Shown: piece by piece, positions 1 to 13,062 of the stretch
Numbering within the stretch: position 1 is the first letter of the stretch
Layout: each line of letters begins with the position of its first letter
Assembly: GCF_004010195.1 (NCBI RefSeq)
Contig: NC_057719.1
Location: 51,652,920 to 51,716,919, forward strand
Length of the DNA stretch: 64,000 bases
Direction of reading: 5' to 3'
DNA from: Chiloscyllium plagiosum
Taxonomy: Eukaryota
The notes under the pieces: model-generated
The model's input: the letters and a program-made list of their open reading frames with translations, nothing else
Database searches by the model: none
Told to the model about the DNA's origin: nothing
Made by a program: the position numbers and the translations under genes

Positions 1-302
1 AGTAAAACTTTATTACGCACAGAACAATACAAGCTTTGGAGAAACCCTGAACACACTTTGCCATGGTTGCAAAGCTTGTCCAGGGAAGCTTTGAGGCAAC
101 AAGAAAGCTTTGAACAAATACTGGACTAGCTGAGTGTGATCCTTGATTTTATTCATGTGTTGGCCAGTAGAGCGGATCTGAGCAAAAGAACCAGCCTCTG
201 CCCACTGACAGGTGATGTGTAGCTAGTCAAGGAGACTCAGGTGGTGAAGAGAGGAGGGGGGCAGTCAGGCAGGATGTAGAAGGGGAGACAAAAACAAGAA
301 GT

Positions 303-770
303 CAGAGTCATAGAGATGTATAGCACGGAAGCAGACCCTTTGGTCCAACTCTTCCATGCCGAACAGGTATCCCAACCCAATCTAGTTCCACCTGCCAGCA
401 CCTGGCCCATATCCTCCCAATTCTTCCTATTCATATACCCATCCAGATGCTTTTTAAATGCTGTAATTGTACCAGCCTCCACCACTTTCTCTGGCAGCTC
501 AATCCATGCACGCACCACTCTCTGCATGAAAAAGTTGTCCCTTACGTCTCTTTTATCTTTCCCTCTCACCCTAAACCTATGCCCTCTACTTCTGGACTCC
601 CCCACCCCAGGGAAAAGACTTTGTCTATTTATCCTATCCATGCCCCTCATGATTTTATAGACGTCCTATCAAGTCACCCGTCAGCCTCTGATGAATCAGG
701 GAAAACAGCCCTAACCTATTCAGCCTTTCCCTATAGCTCAAATCCTCCAACCCTGGCAACATCCTTGTAA
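303..770 (-). mobile_element. CR1-type LINE 3' fragment
   Basis: ORF 237..650(-) has CR1 ORF2 C-terminal motifs (FFMQRVVRAW.ELPEKVVEAGTITAFKKHLD); CTATGACT-type tail; same family at 2603, 15800 and 62985. Confidence 0.88.
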
Positions 771-967
771 ATCCAGTGGGGGATGGAGAGAACCAGATGG
801 ATTTTAGTCAGGGAGGGAGAGAATTGGGTTGATTGTTAGGGTACACGGGTAGTGGAAAGGAAAAGGTCGGTAGCTGCTCAGGGTTAGTTGGGGTTATGGC
901 AGACAAGGGAGATGGGGCTGTTCCAAGAAAAAGTGGTTATGGCAACAGCAAGCCAGTAAAAAAAAAT

Positions 968-1240
968 GGGCTGGCATAGTGGCTAGCACTTTGGCACTTT
1001 ATGCAAAAGATCCAGACTTAATTCCACACTCTCCGGCAACTATCTGTTTGGAGTTTGCATGTTCTCTACTGTGTTTTCATTGCTTTGCTCCAAGTGCTCA
1101 GTTTCCTCCCACAGAACAAAGGTGTGCAGGTCAGGTAGGTTGACCATGCTAAATTGCCCATGGTATCCAGGGATGTTTAGGTTAGGTAGGTTAGCCATGG
1201 TAAATGTGGGGTTGCAGGCATAGGTGAGATGTTCGGAGGG
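968..1240 (+). mobile_element. Degenerate HE1/V-SINE-type tRNA-derived SINE
   Basis: similar to the intact copy at 34647 (tttcctcccacag...gtgcaggtcagg...ccatgctaaattgccc). Confidence 0.75.
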
Positions 1241-1269
1241 AGATAGTGTTTTGAGGAAAATGATTTTGA

Positions 1270-2460
1270 GTTAGTTTGTGGGCAGGCTCGACTGTCTCTT
1301 CTTAGTATTGACAGAAATGTTCCTAAGCAAAGGTGGGCGTAATGTCTCTTTGTTAGTATCCCTGCTGCAAATGACAGCAGTTGATATTGTTACATTAGGG
1401 CTGCTCGAAATGTCTCACTGAAGAGTGAATTCAATATTTACATCCTAGCAGTTAAGCATGGAGTTTCTGTCACTATGAAGTTTAGTAACTCCTGTTTCTT
1501 CCATGACCCAGTACCACTGCATATCTCTGGCCATAAGCTGTTGTAATGGTTCACACTTCAGTGACAAACTGGGGAAAGAATTTTGCCAAATACTCAATGA
1601 ATCCAACAAATCATTTTATATCCATATGGATTTTGCATCGTGGTAGCTACAGTGCTGCCAAAGCGCGCGCTCTTCAGGATCCAGCAAAACCTTTTTGCTG
1701 TTGGTCAAAAATATAGGGATGTATTTTGGACATCTATAATTGTAATTTTTACTCATTCAGCATCAGGTTCACCTGGTGAACTGTATCAAGCAGTAACTCT
1801 AGATTTTGATTGTGGTCAGCAATGGCTTATTCTTCCATTGTGTCTGTAGCCATAAACTAGCAGATCATCCACTTTAGCTTCCAATGTAGGAAAATCACCA
1901 TCTATCTCATGTAGGCATTGATATTCTTCAGGGCAGTGAAAATGCCAAATGGTATGCAGAACCATTTTATCTCTCAAAGGGTGTCCAGAATGTAGTTAGC
2001 TGTCGTTCTTTCATCCAGTTTCACTTGCCAGTAATCTTTGCACCAACGGTGAAAAGTTTTGACTTGCAAATTGTAGTAAAGTGCCTTAAATGATTGGTAT
2101 AGGGTAGTGAGATCTCTTCAGGGTTTTATTTAGAATATTTGAGTAAATGCATGTTCTTATCTATCTTTGCTTCATTGTCACTGCGCTGCTAACACATTCC
2201 ATAGATATTGTCACTTTGGATTTACTCTTTTCCAACTGATTTGGAAGTCTCAAACTTCATTTTATTAAAAGCAAGTTAGTAGTCATGTCCTCTTAGCACA
2301 AGTGTCATGCCATCTTATAGCCTTTAACCTGATTTGCTAGGTCTTCATTTTTGAATTGACAGGTTGAGCCATTTTGTATAGATCTGTGAAAGTTGTTACT
2401 TCATAATGTTATCTCACCAATTGACTTTACTGAACCAATCTATTATACTGTGTATAGTGG
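1270..2460 (-). mobile_element. Degenerate Ty3/Gypsy pol fragment (RT region)
   Basis: minus-strand peptides KDYWQVKLDE, FWTPF, WFCIPFGI, AKVDDLLVYG around 1845-2040, broken by stops and frameshifts; outer limits approximate. Confidence 0.75.
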
Positions 2461-2602
2461 TTTGTCAGAATCTTCAGTGGCTGTCTGTCTTTCCTTTTTA
2501 ATTATATGCTTATAGGCAAAGTTATTCAGCTTTTTATAGTCAGACTATTGCTTTCCTCACTTTTTTTGTGTGATGTCTTCTATAGTGTAGGTGATGCCTT
2601 TT

Positions 2603-3260
2603 AGAATCATAGATCTGTATAGCATGGAAACAGTTTGTCCATGTAAACCAGATATCTTAAATGAATTTCGTCCCATTTGCCAGCATTTGGCCTATATCCC
2701 TCTCAACCCTTCCTAATGATGTACCCATCCAGACGCCTTTTTAAATGTTGTAATCACACCAGCTTCCAATACTTCCTCTGGCAGATACATGCACCACCCT
2801 CTGAGAGAAAATGTTGCTCCTTGGGTCCCTTTTTATATAGTTTTCCCCTCACCTTAAACCTATCCCTCTAATTTTGGACTCCTCCACCCTAGGGAAGAGA
2901 CCTTAGCTATTCACCCTATCCATGCCCCTCATGATTTTACATACCTCCTCTAAGGTTACCCCCCCTCAGCCTCCAATGCTCCAGGGAAAACAGACGCAGC
3001 CTATTCAGCCTCTCCCTATAGGTCAAACCCTCCAACCCTGGCAACACCCTTGTGAATTTTTTTCTGAACCCTTTCAAGTTTTACACATCCTTCCTATAGT
3101 AGGTAGACAAGAATTGCACGCAGTATTAAAAAATGGCCTAACCAGTCTCCTGTCCAGCCACGACATGACCTCCCAATTCATCTCAATGCACTGACCAATA
3201 AATGCAAGCGAACCAAACACCGCCTTTACTGTCTTGTCTACTTGGGATTCCACTTTCAAG
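2603..3260 (-). mobile_element. CR1-type LINE 3' fragment
   Basis: homologous to 303-770; LKVESQVDKTVKA.FGSLAFIGQCIE motif. Confidence 0.85.
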
Positions 3261-3262
3261 GA

Positions 3263-3500
3263 AGTGGTTAGCACTGCTGCCTCATAGCGCCAGGGATCCA
3301 GGTTCAATTCCCACCTCGGGCAACTGTCTGTGTGGAGTTTGTCCGGTTTCCTCCCACAGTCCAAAGATTTGCAGGTCAGGTGAATTGGCCATGCTAAATT
3401 GCCCCATAGTGTTAGGTGCATTAGTTAGGGGTAAATAGAGGGTGGGAGAATGGGTCTGGATCGTTACTCTGAGGAGGATCTCTGTGGACTTGTTGGAAGC
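3263..3500 (+). mobile_element. HE1/V-SINE-type SINE, truncated
   Basis: A/B-box-like head agtggttagcactgctgcctca...ggttcaattccc and V-domain sequence. Confidence 0.85.
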
Positions 3501-3929
3501 TAAGTTCACAATGTTTTGTATTGATCAGTGGATTTGTTTTTAAATTTATCATGTGGGGCTGAAAGCGTGACTTCAAAGGTTTTTAAGATTTCTGTAATTC
3601 TTTGTTCTTGAGGGAGATTAGGATGGAATTTATTTTGAAAACAGTCACTTCACAATAGTGATAAAAGTTGATCTGGTTTGCTGAACAGATCTGTTGCTAT
3701 TTTATAATTCTGCCATTGTCCATGGAATTTCTAGTTTTGCTTTTCATTCCCTGCCAGTTGAACAGCTAGGGGAAAACCTACAACCATTTCTCTTAGTATT
3801 TTCACTGATTCTTTTTCTTCTTTTTCTTTTTTTTCCCGTTGGCAGCTCAGCTCTGCAGCAATGCACACAGCAGTGTGCTTAACGCAAGACCTTTATTGAA
3901 GTAAAGCTTAAAATGCTCACCTACAGGGT

Positions 3930-4148
3930 TTAAAATCGCACAACACCAGGTTATAGTCCAACAGGTTTAATTGGAAGTACACGAGCTTTCGGAGCATTGC
4001 TCCTTCATCAGGTAACAACCATCTGATGAAGGAGCGGCGCTCCGAAAGCTCGTGTGCTTCCAATTTAAACCTGTTGGGTTATAACCTGGTGTTGTGTGAT
4101 TTTTAACTTCGTACACCCCAGTCCAACACCGGCATCTCCAAATCATGA
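3930..4148. mobile_element. Palindromic Penelope-derived mini-element with hammerhead cores on both strands
   Basis: 12-bp TSD CACCTACAGGGT (3918-3929, 4149-4160); ~85-bp inverted arms; matches terminus of PLE at 35823. Confidence 0.88.
4020..4054 (+). ncRNA. Minimal type I hammerhead ribozyme motif
   Basis: CAT-CTGATGA-A-GGAGC ggc GCTCC-GAAA-GC-TC-GTG; stem I CAT/GTG, palindromic AGCT stem III. Confidence 0.7.
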
Positions 4149-4664
4149 CACCTACAGGGTGTGTACTTCATAGTAGAAGTCACTACAGACTAGAAAGGAT
4201 ATGTGTACATAATTTGCATTTGAATTCAAACAGATCCTCCCCTACTCTGCCCTTAACGACAAGAATCAATGTTCCTCACAAACAACAAGCAGAGAAGTGT
4301 CTGTAAATACATATAGTGAATATTGTTGAACTGTGTATCTGGCTTCTCTTTGTAAGGGTGTAGTACATTGCTGTGTGATGTAAAACTTGACTGATTACAC
4401 TGGCAGATGTATCTTGTTATACTGATAATTTCCTCACTTTTCTATGTATTTAGTAAAAAAACAGATCAATATTGTTTAAGATATTGGCAGAATTCCAGTT
4501 CCTGCATCAAATGGTACAATGCAATTTTAATTATCAACCCGAAAAGATAGACTGTGAAGTCTAAGATACAGCAAACATTTACTCACTCCTGATACTCCTG
4601 AAGTATTTTCTATTCCTATATCCCATATCCCTTTTGAACAGCTGCTTTTGCAGAATTTTGTTAG

Positions 4665-4922
4665 TTTATTCATGGGATGAGGGTGTTGCTGGCTAGGGCA
4701 GCATTTATTACCCATCCCTAATTGTTCAGAGGGCAGATAAGAGTCAACAACGTTGTGTGGATCTGGAGTCATGTGTAAGCCAAATCATCATTAGACTTTA
4801 ATTCCAAATTTTCTTTTACTGAATTCAAATTCTATGATGGTAGGATTTGAACCCCAATCTCCAGGACATTACCTGGGTCACTGAATTAACAATCCAGCAA
4901 TAATACCACTGGGCTATTGCCA
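4665..4922 (-). mobile_element. SINE fragment sharing its 3' tail with the LINE at 7200-8790
   Basis: catgggatgagggtgttgctggctagggcagcatttatt...ccctaattg also seen at 7210, 34035, 63600, 63738. Confidence 0.7.
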
Positions 4923-5639
4923 AATGCAACAATTTAAGTTCTGTTAGCAACTTGATTAGTACAAACAATAAAGTCCCTTCTAAAAGAAAATTTGTGGTTG
5001 GCGTCTGTGCATTGTTTCCATGCTATTGATCCACTGAAATAAGTTTTTGGTTATTTCAAAAGTAGAAGAGAATGTTCTAACCAGCTGTGAATGCCTCTTG
5101 TTAGGAGTGAACTGTCAGAAGTGAAACAGTGCATACACATTTTTACATATGCATTTTATTATTGTAGGGTGCAGATGTGGAATTAAAACTGTTACAGTAC
5201 TCATCTCTACAAAATATATATTTACAAAAAGAAATGTAAATCTTTTTTTTCAGCCTTTCCAGTTAACCTTTAAAATTAAGTGACTATTTGAATGTTCCTT
5301 GTGCTTCATTTGGAATTAAAATACAAGTGTTTCTAACAGGCAAATCACTGGTTCTGCGATCAAGTAGCTGACTTAGATTGAACTTGGAGGACTTGGAGGC
5401 CAAATTCCACAATGCAGTTTGAAAATTTAATTTCAGCTTTACTAGTACCATCTTTTATATAAAACTGAAGGATTTTTTGTATGAAAGCCTGATTATGGTG
5501 TTTATCTTCTTTTAGGGAAGAAGCTAGTTGTCTTTGCTGGGTCAGGCTTATTAGTATTTGCAGTTCAAAAGTGATGATGCTTACTTTTTACATTTGAGGT
5601 AGCCTAGTATCACTTAGTTACTTCTCTGGGGAACTGGGA

Positions 5640-8600
5640 ATGCTAATGAATCATTCCTTCTTTTTGAACTTTTCAATTATTCCACTTCATATTTAGAAGC
5701 ACAGCATCTTTTTGATGAATTGCAAGGGGGATAACATTTTCCAAATAACATTGATGTAAAGTGAAACTTATCCCAATCTGCCTGATTTCCAATCCTGTGT
5801 ATTGACAAGCTTGGGAAACATGACTGGCAATTTTTAAGTTTGCTTTAAGTCCATTTCTGGTATTTTCAAATTTACTGCCCACAGCCCCACAAAGAATCCT
5901 CCACGGGCATCAAATTTGACTGAAAGCTGTCCCTTATGGTGCTACTAAAACATTGCATCATCTGCTTTTAAGTAATCCCAATTTTAATGCAACTGACCTT
6001 ACTGAGAAGTACCAACTTATGTACAAACATTTATTTAACATTGTGTGTCTCAATTGAATTTGGTACCCCTTTTTTTTAGTGGATGAATACACATTTTCCT
6101 GTTAAGCTGATCTCCTTGCAGAATTGCAGTTTTAATATGAATTGAGCTACATTCTGAAGCATTCGTTGCTAACAACTGAAAGAAAGCTTTTAAAATTGCA
6201 TTTATGCCTTAGGGTAGATTCATCTATGTTCCTAGTCCACAGGCCTGGCCTCCTGTCCCTGATCTTTTAATCGGCCAGCTTCTATATTTTCCAGAGACCT
6301 TCCTTGCTTTTCTTATTTGTCTTTTCCCATTGACTAGTGTCTTTTGGTAAACTTTTTAGTACTCACTTTCTATAGTTGTCCTTTGGGACTAAGTACCTCA
6401 TACTGACCATCGAAACTGACTGTCCATCATCAAACAAGCTTGTCAATTGCAACAGTTTGATTATCATAGCTGTGCAATATTTGGATACGAGAGGTACCTG
6501 GTTCCTTTCTATTTTCTGACTTCAGAATCTATAAATTTGTAATTCATACTAAGTAATCTTGCATGTTGTACTCGAACAGTCTGGTTCCCATGTTGTACAA
6601 ATGTTATTTGTCAATAACCACCTTTTGGGACCTTCCATACACTCCCCTATAATAAACTATATCTCCCATGTTTGAAACTGGTTGCCAATGGCCTTAACTT
6701 GTACCTTGAGGATCACTGAACTCTGAGACTTGGGATTTAATGAAAACTTTTTTGTCTGCCTGCAATGCATTCAAATGTTCCAACAAAGCAGAGGTAATTT
6801 GGCTCCTTCCGAAGATGTTGGCTGATTGCTTTTTTACTGATTGAATTTTAGGATTCCTATCAAAAGCTAATTGATATGGACTGCATCCTCCCATCATCTC
6901 CAAAGAATTGTTAGCCCTTTGTACAGCCCACACTAGCGCAGGCTATAATTTACACTTTGGATCTGCAAATGTTTTATGAATTATTTCACCTTATACTGCA
7001 TGATTCCTTTACCGTACTATTATTCTTTCTGCTTCTGTATTCATGAGTGTCATATTCCTATCCATGCAGGCATTTCTGAATTCAATATCGACAAATTCCC
7101 TACCATTTTCACTGAAGTTTTCAGTGGTCCAAGTCAGGACCTTATCCACTTTTTTCTATTACCTTTATCCATACTTATTTTCTTATCTTTACAATTATTT
7201 TAATTATTTTGTGGGATGCAGGTGTTGCTGGTTGGCCTGCATTTATTGCCTATCCCTATTTGCCCTTGAGAAGATGATGAGCTGCCACCTTGAATTGCTT
7301 CAGTCTGCCTGCTGTGGGTTGACCCACGATGCCATTAGGGAGGAAATTCCAGGATTTTGACCTAGCAGTGAAGGAATGGTGACATATTTCCAAGTCAGGA
7401 TGGTGAGTGTCTTGTAGGAGAACTTGAAGGTGCTGTTCCCACATATCTGCTGCCCTTGTCCTTCTAGATGGAAGTGGTTGTGGGTTTAGAAGGTGCTGTC
7501 TGAGGATCTTTGAATTTCTACTTAGAGTACACGCTGCTGCTGCTGAGCATTGATGGTGGAAGGTGTGGATGCAGTGCCAATCAACGGGGCTGCTTTGACT
7601 TGGATGGTGTCAAACTGCTTGAGTGTTGTTGAGGCTGTATTCATTTGGGCATGGAGAGTATTCCATCACACTTATGACTTGTCTTGTTTTGGACAGGCTT
7701 TGGGGAATCGGGAGGTGAGTCACTCTAGCCTCTGATCTGCTCTTGTAGCCATTGTGTCTATGTAATGAGTCCAGTTGAGTTTTTAATCAATGATAACTCT
7801 CAGGATGTTGATAGTGGGGAATTTGGTGATAGTAATACAATTGAATATCAAGGAGTGGTGGTTAGATTGTTTGTCTCTCATTGGTGATGGTCATAGCTTG
7901 GCACTTGCCACTTGTCATCCCAAGTCTGGATAATATCCAGATTTAATTGCATTTGACTGCTTCAGTGTCTAATTCATTGTGAATGGTGCTGAGCATTGTG
8001 CAATTGTCGGTGAATATTCTGACTTCTAACCTTATAATTTGAGAGCAGGTCATTGATGAAGCAGCTGAAGATGATTGGGTCTAGGACACTACCCTGAGGA
8101 ACTCCTGCAGAGATGTCCTGGAGCTGAAATGATTGACTTCCAGCAACCATGACCATCTTCCTATGTGCCAGCTATGACTCTAACCACCAGAGCAATTTCC
8201 CCTGATACCCACTGATTGCAGTTTTGGCTAGGGCTCTTTATTGCCACATTCATTCGAATGCAGCCTTAATGTCAAGGGCTGTCACCCTCTCATCACTTCT
8301 GGAATTCTGCTCTTTTGTCCCGGTTTGAACCAAGACTGTAATGAGATCAGGAGTGGCCCTGGCAGAGCCCAAACTGGGTGTTACTGACCAGGTTATTACT
8401 GAGCAGGTGGTGCTTGATAGCGCTGTTGATGACATCTTCCATCACTTCATTGATTATCAGCAGTAGACTGATATAGTGGTAATTGGATGGGTTGGATTTG
8501 CTTTTTATGTGCATGACATACTTGGGTAATTTTCCACATTATTGGGTAGATGCCAGTGTTGTAACTGTACTGGAAGAGTTTGGCTAGGGGAGCAGCAAGA

Positions 8601-10500
8601 TCTGGAGCACAAGTCGTCTTTCTTGAAATCATGTGGAGTGAATCAAATTGGCTGAAGTCTAGTATCTGTATTGTTGATGACCACTGGAGGCGGCCGAGAT
8701 GGATCATCCACTTGGCAATTCCGGCTGAAGATGACTGCAAAAGCTTCAACCTGATCTTTGCACTGATGTGTTGGGCTCTTCCATCATTAGGATTGACAAA
8801 ATCTACTTACTAAATCAAGAAAATGGAAAATGATTTTTCCCCTTTTTAATCCTATATCTTTAAATTCCTGTCCACTAGCTCACTGAAATCTCTTGCAAAG
8901 GGCAGAATTACAAAAAACTGTGCCCTACAATAGTTTTATAAAGCTAACATCTGTCGTTTATCTCTTCTGTGAACTTATCTTGCTCTGAGTTTTATTACTG
9001 CATCCTTTTATTAAAATTTTCAACTTTTGAGAATGATAGGCAAATTGCCTATGGAATTTGACCCTTTAAATGACCCTTTAATCTTCTAAATGTACACTTA
9101 GTGATATCAGTAACGGGTTTTTGATGTCTTTTTATGGAGAGGTTATGTTTGCTAAAAGAATGCAATGGTCTCCTGATTGTGTATAAATTGCAAATTCAAA
9201 GATTTTCCAAACACAGTAGCTTTTTTTATCTCCATGCCCAGTTTCATCTGTACCTTTTTTCATTGGTATCCTACTCAATAACAAGAGTATTTCACTGGAT
9301 ACTACATTCATGCTAATAAGATTATTTGATTCTGGCTATTTTACAATAAGTAAGCACATTATTTTCAATGGTTTTAGTATTCTAATATCTCTGAATTTGA
9401 AACTGGAGGAATCTCAAATTCCTTCAATCTTTCACAATCCTTTGTGCTCAGACCAGTTGCATTTTAGCCAGTCAATTCTACACACCAATAAACATGCATC
9501 CGTTGTCCAACACTGCATAATTGAAAGACACTACCATCAACACATTCCTCCATTGGGCTGTAACTTTATGATCAATACACTGCAATCTTTGACATGTATC
9601 GCATCTTCCTCAGAGTCTTACATCTCATGTTGAATTTCAAATGTTTTACTATAATTTTGGTACAGTTCATGACAGAGGCACTTTGAATTGTACCTAAAAT
9701 ATTGTGCCGAAACTGAGTACTTTGTGGGTTTACTTGCTCATTATAAATCCTAATTGTTCATCTTTTCTCAAAATTATCAATAGCATTTCTGTCCTCTTTT
9801 CTATTGATTATACTTCTCCTTGTACACTGTCACCTATGACCAGTCTTTAGACACTGTTGCCAGTTTATTAATGTTGAAAACAAAATGGATGATGCAGTCA
9901 TCGATTGCCCATTTGTGCTATGACTTGTGCTGGAAAGGAATGCCTTCAATTTTTTAAAAAACGCCTTTGACATATGCCCTAGCAGTGTATGTTTATGTAC
10001 AAATTTAACTTCTGTCAAAAATTGATCCATGTCCATACTTAATACTCTGGCACAGTCCAATAACTTAATGTCAGCACAGATTGGGGAATTTTCAAATGAA
10101 ATTTCTGCACCCTCAAAACCTATTGAATGCCATTAAGTACTCTAATATATTACTGACCTTAGTAATTCTAAGTTTGCCAAGATCTGATCATGCCTCATAG
10201 CAGTCAAGAAGCCATCTTTTAGATAAATGTAATCAGTGAAAGTTAACCATGTGTCCAAATCATAAACTGTATTTAAATTATCAGGCTCCAATTCACAATC
10301 TTCTCATCTTGCTTTCATATAGTAATTAAAGTGTTAAAGCCATATCTTGCTTTCTCTTTGGAGAAACAATTAAGTTCACATGGTAACTTAATTCTTCCAA
10401 TGGTCATAAGGCTCATTTTCAGAAAACAGTGAGAGTAGTCATAAACTGAAACTTTACATTTTTTGGTCATCCATCCTCTACTCACAATGGTGTACACAAG
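5640..10500 (-). mobile_element. Heavily decayed Copia-order LTR retroelement (gag-PR-IN-RT), split by a LINE
   Basis: minus-strand motifs NYAVLDNGC (protease, ~9491-9522), SPYQLAFDRNP (integrase end, ORF 6694..6933), SIHIKTAILQG (~6113-6145) and MPVEDSLWG (5884-5910) resembling copia RT motifs; limits approximate. Confidence 0.65.
7200..8790 (-). mobile_element. CR1/L2-group LINE, RT and 3' end
   Basis: LAAPLAKLFQYSYNTGIYP, ALDIKAAF, AGVPQGSVLDPIIFSCFINDL in broken ORFs. Confidence 0.88.
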
Positions 10501-13062
10501 ATAACTGCTCAAATAGAGTTCAAGTCCACACTTTTTTTAAGTAGGCACTTTTTTTCAGTCAACCACAATCCATAAAACTCGCCCCACTGATTACTAGCAC
10601 CCCATATTTATCACACCCAACTAACACTTAACAAATCCACATCCTTTCCCACATTCTGTTAGGTTCAGGCATTCCTTCAGACCATGTAAATGCCATAATA
10701 CAGTAGTCTGAGAATTTTATTTCCTATCACTGAAGCAGCATTGCTAATTTAAAATCAGGTTTTCCCCTAATTCTAAACTTTGAAGGAAATTAGCCTATGA
10801 CCTGCATTGTGGTAATTGAAACAAAACATACTTTGGTCAGTAAGATGTAATTATCTTGATTGCTTCACATTTGTATTTAATATTCTTGTGTTGCAATATA
10901 TTACTTGCTGTACACATTTTCTGCTGAAAATGGAATTTAAAGTAGTAGTGTCACCATTAATCTCAAATGGCAGGCATTCTGGATCGTTGTCCTGAGACCC
11001 TAAGAGCGTCCCCATCCTGACCCCTGATTCAAATGCTGTACTTCGATATCTAGCAAATCCTATGCGCAAAATATTAACCAGTTGTTAGGCATGATTTATA
11101 GACATAGAATAGTTAGATTTTATTTTGTCAAGTGTGAATATTGTGACTTGCTCATTTGTTTTGCTGTTGTATAGTTTCTATTCCTAATAAGTACACTTTT
11201 CATTGCCCCTTGCATTGTTATATTGTCCATTGAACAATACTACTATCTTAACTACACTGGTTTTAACAAATGATGTCACTTCTCGTGGTAGGGGCAATAA
11301 TGATAACACTGTTACAGATAATTTAGAACAATTCCTCAAGTATTATTTTGAATAGCTGTTACTGTTCTATTTGTAGGAGAAATAAGGAGGGCAATTTTAG
11401 TGGAACTTGAAAATTGAGCAGGTTAGATTGTTGAATGGACTGAAAGTGGGTGGGAGAGAGGCAATGTCAATAAGGTGGAACATGGGGAAGGAGTTCAAGC
11501 AACAGCAAATGATCAGATTAGTAGAAAGAGTTGTATCAAGTGGTACTCTTCATTTCAGTGTGTATAAAGATGTGTTTCTCACGTTGATTCTGATTATGCA
11601 CTTATTGTTTGACAGTGCATCTTTAATTATAAAGATTCCCCCTCAATGTTCTTAAAAAGATTTGAAATTTTAATGAAATAGTTATGCAGCAATTTTGAAC
11701 AGATCAAAGTTAATTGGATTCAACTTTAGTTCATGAGTAGTTTTTGGAACTTTAAATACATGTCATGTGTGCCTGTGAGCAAACATTTGATCGCTATCCC
11801 TTTTGTTTGGAACATTGGTGTACAATGCGTGACAAGTAATTTATCCAATTGAATAATTAATCACATTTCATTACAAAGGACTGCATTTAGCTGGAGACTG
11901 CTTCCTTGTGTCTGTTTAATGTGTCCTGTATCTAGGTCATTCACTTTCAGCAGCTGTACTATAATATCAATTGTATGATTTATTTCAAAATATGGAGCTT
12001 CGTTTGAGTCAAATTATGATATTGTTGGTTAACATTATGCTCTGTAGAGGCTTTACTTACAGTTCGATTTATTATTACAAACAAAGTATATTGGAAAAAA
12101 ATTCTGCTTTGTTTAGCTGAATAACAAGGTTTCAAGTAGGGTGTTTGTTTTCCTGCAATCACATTAGAACAGCTGTTCAAGATCAGGATAATATTCAGTA
12201 CATCTGTTCTGTGGTCTGCTGTCTATTCAGTCTTCCAAAAACAGGAAAACAGTAATGTGCTGACAGGTCCCAAGAATAAGAAAATTGTTACAAGGGTTCC
12301 ATGAAAGCTTTGCCATTTCCAATAAAACATGTTGCTTATATTGTGAAGGATAAAATTGTACAGACAAAAATAAGTCCCGTGTTTTCATTTGTAAAATTCT
12401 TCTTTTAATGTTGCCAAATTTTTGACTTTTTTTTTTCGTTTCAGGCTCATCTTTGAGTATGATTCCCTTCCACTACATATTTTGCCTAAGCCTAAATATC
12501 AGTATTTGAGTCATCACACTCAAACCAGTTGTTTCCCACCTGACCCTGCTATATATACTACTCAGTTATTGGATTTTATTTAGCAAACTAACCCTAGCTG
12601 ATTGTTATGCTCCCCCTGCCCCACCTCTGCAAACCCTTTATACTCTGCTAATTTTCTATTTTTAGGTTAAATCTACTCTTATGCATTGCTGTAACATATC
12701 TAACTGTACTGACCATCCTAGAGCTATATGGTGGTATTTTGGCAGTTTACTTGGAAAGTGTTAAAATGCTATATGGAATGATGAGTGAGAAACATATAGC
12801 AACACTGTCCTGTCAGGATTGGGCTGAAGTGTCACAATGTATTCAAATTTAGTACTACAATGTTGTTTATTTATATTTATGTACAAGAAAGAATGCATGC
12901 AAGGAAGTATGTGTGTTATAAACAATAATGGAAAGTCATAGTCTATTCAGATTCCCATAACATTGCTCAAGAGATGTTAATTGATGTGCTATTTTACAAC
13001 ACATACATTTATGCCTCTTATAGTACAATGTATTTGCTGAGGTGTTGAACCTTACCTTTTCC

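Noticed and set aside
12421..12520. Strong-looking acceptor (ttttttttttcgtttcag) as a possible extra exon
   Set aside because: No DAAM1-like peptide and no convincing donor follows
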